A stretch of DNA of 20,000 bases from an uncultured virus (IMG/VR IMGVR_UViG_2698536638_000003). Its lineage: Duplodnaviria > Heunggongvirae > Uroviricota > Caudoviricetes. Of the stretch, positions 15,570-20,000 are shown piece after piece (the first letter of the stretch is position 1; the number at the start of each line of letters is the position of its first letter). The stretch covers positions 61,292 through 81,291 of IMG/VR virus record IMGVR_UViG_2698536638_000003, one strand, 5' to 3'. The translations under genes were made by a program, and so were the position numbers. The notes beneath the pieces were generated by a model. The model was not told the DNA's origin. It ran no database searches and saw only the letters and a list, made by a program, of their open reading frames with translations.

Positions 15570-15590
15570 CCTATAGTATCAACGGTTTTT
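15570..15590 (-). promoter_or_regulatory. Putative phage promoter/regulatory motif, copy B (AAAAA-CCGT-TGATACTATAGG)
   Basis: Same 12-mer and same A5 spacing as 1525..1545; lies immediately after the helicase stop. Confidence 0.55.
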
Positions 15591-17211
15591 ATGCCGCCTG
15601 TTTGAGCTCTTCTCCTCCTTCTATGTTGTGTTCGAACAACCTCAACACCTGATGCGTCGGGTCGACCTTGTGAGCATCGAGCGACTTCTCGTAGATGATC
15701 CAGGTAATGCGGTTGTCCAGGCTGTCCTCATAAAGCAGGACGGTGATGCGCAGCGGCGTGCCACGCTTGCCTCGGATCGCCCTGCGGTAGGCCTGCAGGA
15801 CGGTCGTGTCGAGGAAGTCGAGCGATGCGAAGATCATGTGGTCGACCTCCTGCTTCCCGCAGAACTGCCAGTTGAAGCCGACGTCGGCCACCTGTGGCGA
15901 TGCGATGATGCAGTTGATGCGCCCCTCACGGAACGCCAGGTCGATCTCGCCACGGCGGGTCGCCGATATGTCGCCGTTGAGGACCTCGGCCTTCATGCCG
16001 TACGCGCGGGCCATTTCCAGGATGCGGTACTGCTGGGGCTTGAGGGCCGCGTAGATGATCAGCGGCTTGCCGGTGCGGGAGTGATCTTCGAAGTGGAGAT
16101 CGAGGCGCTCCTCCTTTCCGCAGCGGGCGCCGTTCATGATGTCGATCGTCTTGCCGCTCTCCGGGTCGGACAGATCCGGGAACGAGTTGGGGTGCTCCAT
16201 GATCTGGCGGGCGCGGATGAAGCCGACACCTGGCTGGGTGCCGTCGAGGAAGAACTTGTCGAGTTCGAGGAAGGCCTCGTCCTTGAACTTGTTGTAGATC
16301 TCGCGCTGCTTCTCGGACATCTCCACGAACTCGGGGATGATGACCTTGGCCTCCTTGCCGTAGACGGACTCGAAGGTATAGCGGATGGCGTGCTTGCCGA
16401 AGATTGCCGACAGCTTCTCGTGGTTGCGCCAGGCCTTGAGCTTCCCGGTGATCGGGTCCTCGATCGAGTGGTAGTAGTAGAAGCCCTTGTAGGAGGGATA
16501 ATACCGCGGCTCGATCACGCGGATCGCTGGGTAGGCGCTGTCCAGCCGGCCAGAGACCAGCGTGCCGGTCATGCCGAGGAAGTGGGTCATCTTGTAGGTG
16601 AACGAGGCGTAAAAGCCCTGCGTCCGTTGTGAGCTGTCGCCCTTGTAGCCCTTGTGGATCTCGTCGACTTGGACGGCCTTGACGAACTCCGGCAGCGCCG
16701 CCCAGTGCGTCGAGTAGGCGTCGAAGCCCATCAGGAACACCTTGGTGTTGCCAGGGTTGGCCAGCTCGTAAGGCAGGACGGTCCTGTTGTGGAGCATCCG
16801 CTTGTCGACGGTCATGTCCGGCCGGCAGACGCCGGCGTCGACCAGCGCCTTGAAGGTGACCTTCTGCGAGCCGAACAGCTCGTACTTGCTGCGCTTGTGG
16901 TCCCAGGCGAGGAGCGTCTCGGCGAGCTTCTTCTGCGCTGGGGAGAGGGGACGCAGCCCGGTGACGATCGTCACCTCGTCGGGCTTGAAGTCCGTGAACC
17001 GGAGGATCTCATCGCGGTTCTTCTTGAGGAGCGACAGGGGCATGACGAACGCCGAGCCGATGCCCAGGCGGGACCAGAGATACCACTGGTAGACGCATGT
17101 CGGCGGTGTTTTGCCCGTGCCTGGATCGGAGAGATCCAAGCACTTGGGGTTGCGGATGTAGAAGGCCAGCGAGGCGACCTGCTTCTCGCGAAGGGAGACG
17201 CCTTCATCCAT
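15589..17211 (-). CDS. SNF2-like superfamily 2 helicase (540 aa)
   Basis: LREKQ, Walker A DPGTGKT, VMPLSL, DEIH, MTGT, MSEKQREIY, LNGD, QAYRRAIR. Start reassigned to ATG 17211 (GAGGA SD). Confidence 0.88.
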   Translation of the reverse strand: MDEGVSLREKQVASLAFYIRNPKCLDLSDPGTGKTPPTCVYQWYLWSRLGIGSAFVMPLSLLKKNRDEILRFTDFKPDEVTIVTGLRPLSPAQKKLAETLLAWDHKRSKYELFGSQKVTFKALVDAGVCRPDMTVDKRMLHNRTVLPYELANPGNTKVFLMGFDAYSTHWAALPEFVKAVQVDEIHKGYKGDSSQRTQGFYASFTYKMTHFLGMTGTLVSGRLDSAYPAIRVIEPRYYPSYKGFYYYHSIEDPITGKLKAWRNHEKLSAIFGKHAIRYTFESVYGKEAKVIIPEFVEMSEKQREIYNKFKDEAFLELDKFFLDGTQPGVGFIRARQIMEHPNSFPDLSDPESGKTIDIMNGARCGKEERLDLHFEDHSRTGKPLIIYAALKPQQYRILEMARAYGMKAEVLNGDISATRRGEIDLAFREGRINCIIASPQVADVGFNWQFCGKQEVDHMIFASLDFLDTTVLQAYRRAIRGKRGTPLRITVLLYEDSLDNRITWIIYEKSLDAHKVDPTHQVLRLFEHNIEGGEELKQAA

Positions 17212-17455
17212 TTTGTTCCTCACACTTCCTGCGGACCTGGTCCGCTTCCTCATTGTCGCCGTAGTCGCAGTCGCGACATTTCGTGCAGACGTTGACCGGC
17301 ACCGAGCAGCTGCAGGTGTCACAACACCCAGCGTTCGCGCCGCCGTAGGATTGCCAGTCATGGCCGTGCTCACGGCACGGCCCCTGGGCGATTTCTCGCT
17401 CGATGCGGGCGACCTCGGCGCGGGCGGCTTCGAGCTGGTCAGCGAGCTCGGACAT
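17204..17455 (-). CDS. Cys-rich hypothetical protein (83 aa)
   Basis: N-terminal coiled segment, then CREHGHDW...CCDTCSC...CTKCRDC (9 Cys). Confidence 0.65.
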   Translation of the reverse strand: MSELADQLEAARAEVARIEREIAQGPCREHGHDWQSYGGANAGCCDTCSCSVPVNVCTKCRDCDYGDNEEADQVRRKCEEQNG

Positions 17456-17837
17456 GTCGAAGCTCATCAAGGAGGGTGCGAGGGATTGTGTTCTCGGCCG
17501 ACTTGCAGGCTTCAAGGTTCTCGACCGACGCACCACAGAGGGTGCATGGGTTCGGCTCCTCGTTGTGGCAAGGACAGCGTTTCTCAGCCCAATCCAGCGT
17601 CATCTTGACGACCGCCGCCAGCTCCTTGATCCGCTCGTAGGGATCACCCTGCTGCCAGCCGGTGTTCATGCAGTCGCTGCAGCCGTAAGGCTCCGGCGGC
17701 TGGAGCACACAGGTCATGCAGACGCCGGCCTTCTCACAGGCCAGCTTGTAGGCGTCTCGCTGGCGCTCAAGGGTGCCGGCCTCTCGGCGGCTCTCCCACA
17801 TGAGCTCTTCGTCTGACTTATCCTTGGGGTGTCCCAT
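17439..17837 (-). CDS. Cys-rich hypothetical protein (about 132 aa)
   Basis: CMTC...CSDC and CPC...CTLC motifs (10 Cys). Start uncertain. Confidence 0.65.
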   Translation of the reverse strand: MGHPKDKSDEELMWESRREAGTLERQRDAYKLACEKAGVCMTCVLQPPEPYGCSDCMNTGWQQGDPYERIKELAAVVKMTLDWAEKRCPCHNEEPNPCTLCGASVENLEACKSAENTIPRTLLDELRHVRAR

Positions 17838-18192
17838 TGAAAAATTTCTCCGCTGCATCGCGCACCGCTTTGGCGTGCGCCAGGTAGTTCTCCAGGTGAG
17901 CGACCTGTTTCCGCTTGCGGATCAGGAACGACGCCTGGGCGAGTTCGATTGTCGGGTAGGCCCAGCGCTTGACGGCGTCCTTCAGGACGAACCGCTCCAG
18001 GCCGTAGTCGTCGAGCCAGACGCCCTTGGGCGTCTCGCGGAGAACGCGATACCGGCGCAGGTGGATGCTCGAATGGTAGGCAGAGCTATCCTCGTAGCGA
18101 TACCAACCGGTGGCTTCGAGGCTGGCCTCGTCGTAGAACTTGACCCCCTCGCTGGCGGCTAGCTCAACCTGGAAGAACAGGAGGTCAGCCAT
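17818..18192 (-). CDS. Hypothetical phage protein (124 aa)
   Basis: ORF tiles with its neighbours; VLRETPKGVW...RWAYPT..A..SF..RK. No function assigned. Confidence 0.7.
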   Translation of the reverse strand: MADLLFFQVELAASEGVKFYDEASLEATGWYRYEDSSAYHSSIHLRRYRVLRETPKGVWLDDYGLERFVLKDAVKRWAYPTIELAQASFLIRKRKQVAHLENYLAHAKAVRDAAEKFFNGTPQG

Positions 18193-18466
18193 GCTTCAGT
18201 TCCAGGGCCGCGATCTCGGCGGTGGCGTTTGCCCTGACGGCCAGGATGACGTCGCCCATCTTCATGGCGATCTGCTCGTCCAGCAGCTTCATGACGTCCG
18301 TGTAGCCAACGCAGGACGAGCCGGTTTGGCCGGAGAAATGCGGGAAAATGTCGATGTTCGGCCCGATGAAATCGAGCCACTCCAGGGCACGTTTGTTCAG
18401 CTCGTAGCGGTCGGCGTCACGGGCGGTCTCAGCCGCCTTGGCGCGGAGCTCTTTCGCAATGCTCAT
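18185..18466 (-). CDS. Hypothetical protein (93 aa)
   Basis: ATG 18466 with AAGGA SD (MSIAKELRAKAAE...). Confidence 0.65.
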   Translation of the reverse strand: MSIAKELRAKAAETARDADRYELNKRALEWLDFIGPNIDIFPHFSGQTGSSCVGYTDVMKLLDEQIAMKMGDVILAVRANATAEIAALELKHG

Positions 18467-18467
18467 G

Positions 18468-18659
18468 TCAGTGTCCTTGTTTGGGGTGGTCGCGCAGGTG
18501 GGTCCAGCCTTTCTCGGTGGGCACCGGCCGCATGCCTCTGGTGACGTAGCCGGAGCCCTGCAGGTAGCCGAGTGAGGCGCTGACAGCAGCGCCCCACCCG
18601 TCAATGGCGTCAGGGTCTCCCGCGATCGAACGCAGAACCTTGAGATCGTGGTCGATCAT
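18468..18659 (-). CDS. Small hypothetical protein, possible winged helix (63 aa)
   Basis: DLKVLRSI...LGYLQGSGYV...PTEKG resembles the L...GyV.....lTekG pattern of wHTH proteins; ATGA coupling. Confidence 0.55.
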   Translation of the reverse strand: MIDHDLKVLRSIAGDPDAIDGWGAAVSASLGYLQGSGYVTRGMRPVPTEKGWTHLRDHPKQGH

Positions 18660-19054
18660 GCCGCCAGCTGGTCCAGTTCATCCACCAGCGCCTTGGTGAT
18701 CGGGTCGATCTCGGCGAGCTTCTTGAAGAACTGGATCTTCGAGTATTCCCTGGAGCGCTTCTCCAGCGCCGCCTCGATCTCCGCCAGGCGCTTTTGACGA
18801 TCGGCCTGGCGTTTGTAGTCGGTGTCGTCGACCACCTGGATGACGTGCTTGGTCGCCTTGATCGAGCCCTGCGGGAGGATGTCCACCACCTTGACGCAGG
18901 TGTAGCCGCCGATCGGGCTATCGACGATGACATGGTCGCCAACCGCAACCGGGTACGGGCAGAAATAATGGTACTTCTTCGAGCGATTGTACTCGGAGGT
19001 GTGGAAGACGGCGGCGATGACGTTGGCCTGGCGCTGGTTGTTGTCGTTGGTCAT
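18656..19054 (-). CDS. Hypothetical phage protein (132 aa)
   Basis: KKYHY...VGDHVIVDSP...VKVVDI beta-rich N-terminus plus a coiled C-terminus; AAGGA SD. Confidence 0.75.
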   Translation of the reverse strand: MTNDNNQRQANVIAAVFHTSEYNRSKKYHYFCPYPVAVGDHVIVDSPIGGYTCVKVVDILPQGSIKATKHVIQVVDDTDYKRQADRQKRLAEIEAALEKRSREYSKIQFFKKLAEIDPITKALVDELDQLAA

Positions 19055-19056
19055 GA

Positions 19057-19659
19057 TCAGTGTCCTTTCGAAAGCATGTGCTGCTTGAGCAGATGGGCGC
19101 CGAACGCCTCCCAGGGGAGGGAGACGAGGTCGACGATGTTGACTTGTCCTAGAGTAGTGCTTGTTCTTTTCGCCTCTGGGCGAAGCACGAGGGTCGGTTC
19201 GCCCTGCAGGACCAGCCGGCGGGGCAGATAGGGGGCAGCTTCCATAATCTGGTCGGCGACCTTCTTCTCCGACGCGCGGATGCCCGTCAGCACCAACGGT
19301 TGGACATTGGTCTGTTCGAGCAGGCGGATGATTTTGTCGGGGCGAAGGCTCCAGAAAGGAGCGACTGGAAGCTTGGTGGGGCTCGACATCCTGGCCAGGG
19401 TGGCGAGGATAATCGACAGCTCTTGTTGCTGAAGGTAGGGGGCTGGTGAGCCCATCTCCTTGGGCACTGGCGACATGGCGTCTACCAGGGCGTCGGCAGG
19501 GAAGCGAGAGGGGTCGACTTCGGCTCTGAGATCGATGCGATGATCGCTGGGGTTCTTGCTCGGCTCGAACGGTGATGGGATCTCAAAATTGAAGGCGGTT
19601 GTTATCTTCTCGCCCTGAATGAGAAAGGCGATGTCGCCTTCCCAGTGTACGCCGTTCAC
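19057..19659 (-). CDS. Hypothetical protein (200 aa)
   Basis: GTG start overlapping the upstream stop; long open frame with weaker codon bias. Confidence 0.65.
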   Translation of the reverse strand: MNGVHWEGDIAFLIQGEKITTAFNFEIPSPFEPSKNPSDHRIDLRAEVDPSRFPADALVDAMSPVPKEMGSPAPYLQQQELSIILATLARMSSPTKLPVAPFWSLRPDKIIRLLEQTNVQPLVLTGIRASEKKVADQIMEAAPYLPRRLVLQGEPTLVLRPEAKRTSTTLGQVNIVDLVSLPWEAFGAHLLKQHMLSKGH

Positions 19660-20000
19660 GCTGCCTTCTTGACCTCCTGCAAAACCTGGACTTCGACCTT
19701 GGATTTCGAAGCCCTTGTATAGATCGTTTCGGTTTTCAGAATTCCAAGGGCAAAGAGCTGCGCCTTCAGTTTTGGGTTCGCGGCCTCGAGTTTCTCGGGG
19801 TCGATCACGATCTCCGTGCCCTTGGCCTTCCGCAGAACGGGGGCGCTGACGATAACCTTGCCGACGCCGGGGACGTCGTAGGTATCGGCGCCGGCCGCGC
19901 GGATCAGTTCCTTGGCGACCTCGTACCTGGCCTCCAGGGGTTCAAGCTGCGCTTTGATGGTCAGCAGCTCGGCGATCGTCGGTTTCAGGTTATCGTTCAT
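19656..20000 (-). CDS. Hypothetical protein (at least 114 aa; the start may lie outside the window)
   Basis: ATG falls at the window edge; N-terminal helix followed by a beta-rich region. Confidence 0.6.
   Translation of the reverse strand: MNDNLKPTIAELLTIKAQLEPLEARYEVAKELIRAAGADTYDVPGVGKVIVSAPVLRKAKGTEIVIDPEKLEAANPKLKAQLFALGILKTETIYTRASKSKVEVQVLQEVKKAA

Noticed and set aside
556..16632. Long plus-strand ORFs (556..1506, 1507..2364, 4857..5810, 5819..7045, 12049..13989, 13671..15176, 15628..16632)
   Set aside because: They are antisense shadows of GC3-biased minus-strand genes, with V/L/D/G-rich composition and no recognisable motifs.
1..17211. Inteins, introns or homing endonucleases in RNR, polymerase or helicase
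   Set aside because: The frames are continuous, the inserts lack C/S...HN termini, and no LAGLIDADG, HNH or GIY-YIG motifs were seen.
1534..18604. Extended upstream starts in the ORF track (2202, 2992, 7084, 7646, 9127, 14875, 17373, 18604)
   Set aside because: They overlap upstream genes extensively. Downstream starts with SD sequences or stop/start coupling are better supported.
1..20000. CRISPR array, tRNA/rRNA, integrase or IS element
   Set aside because: No regularly spaced repeats, cloverleaf-like segments or recombinase/transposase motifs were seen, and intergenic gaps are few and short.

Overview
This window is about 20 kb of a GC-rich tailed-phage (or prophage-derived) DNA replication, recombination and nucleotide-metabolism region. 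All credible genes are on the minus strand, and most are coupled by ATGA/TGATG overlaps. In transcription order (high to low coordinates) it holds: several small hypothetical genes (two Cys-rich), an SNF2-like helicase, a putative ssDNA-binding protein (interrupted by an assembly N), GapR/DUF2312, a 5'-3' exonuclease, a family A DNA polymerase with atypical motifs A and B, an orphan ORF, an ATP-dependent DNA ligase, small ORFs, a RecU-like resolvase, a DEDDh exonuclease, SbcD and SbcC-like proteins, a Fis-type HTH protein, an HD phosphohydrolase, a dATP/dGTP diphosphohydrolase (DUF5664), a small membrane protein, a MazG-like NTP pyrophosphatase and a class II ribonucleotide reductase that runs off the window edge and is absent from the ORF track. 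GapR and scarce GANTC sites suggest an alphaproteobacterial host. The most interesting signals are three: (i) three different nucleotide-hydrolase folds next to the RNR, paired with a non-canonical PolA active site; (ii) a repeated AAAAA-N4-TGATACTATAGG motif, each time followed by a perfect 12-bp hairpin; (iii) 12-bp hairpins that bury the translation starts of the RNR and the resolvase. All family assignments come from motif recognition by eye; no database searches were run.
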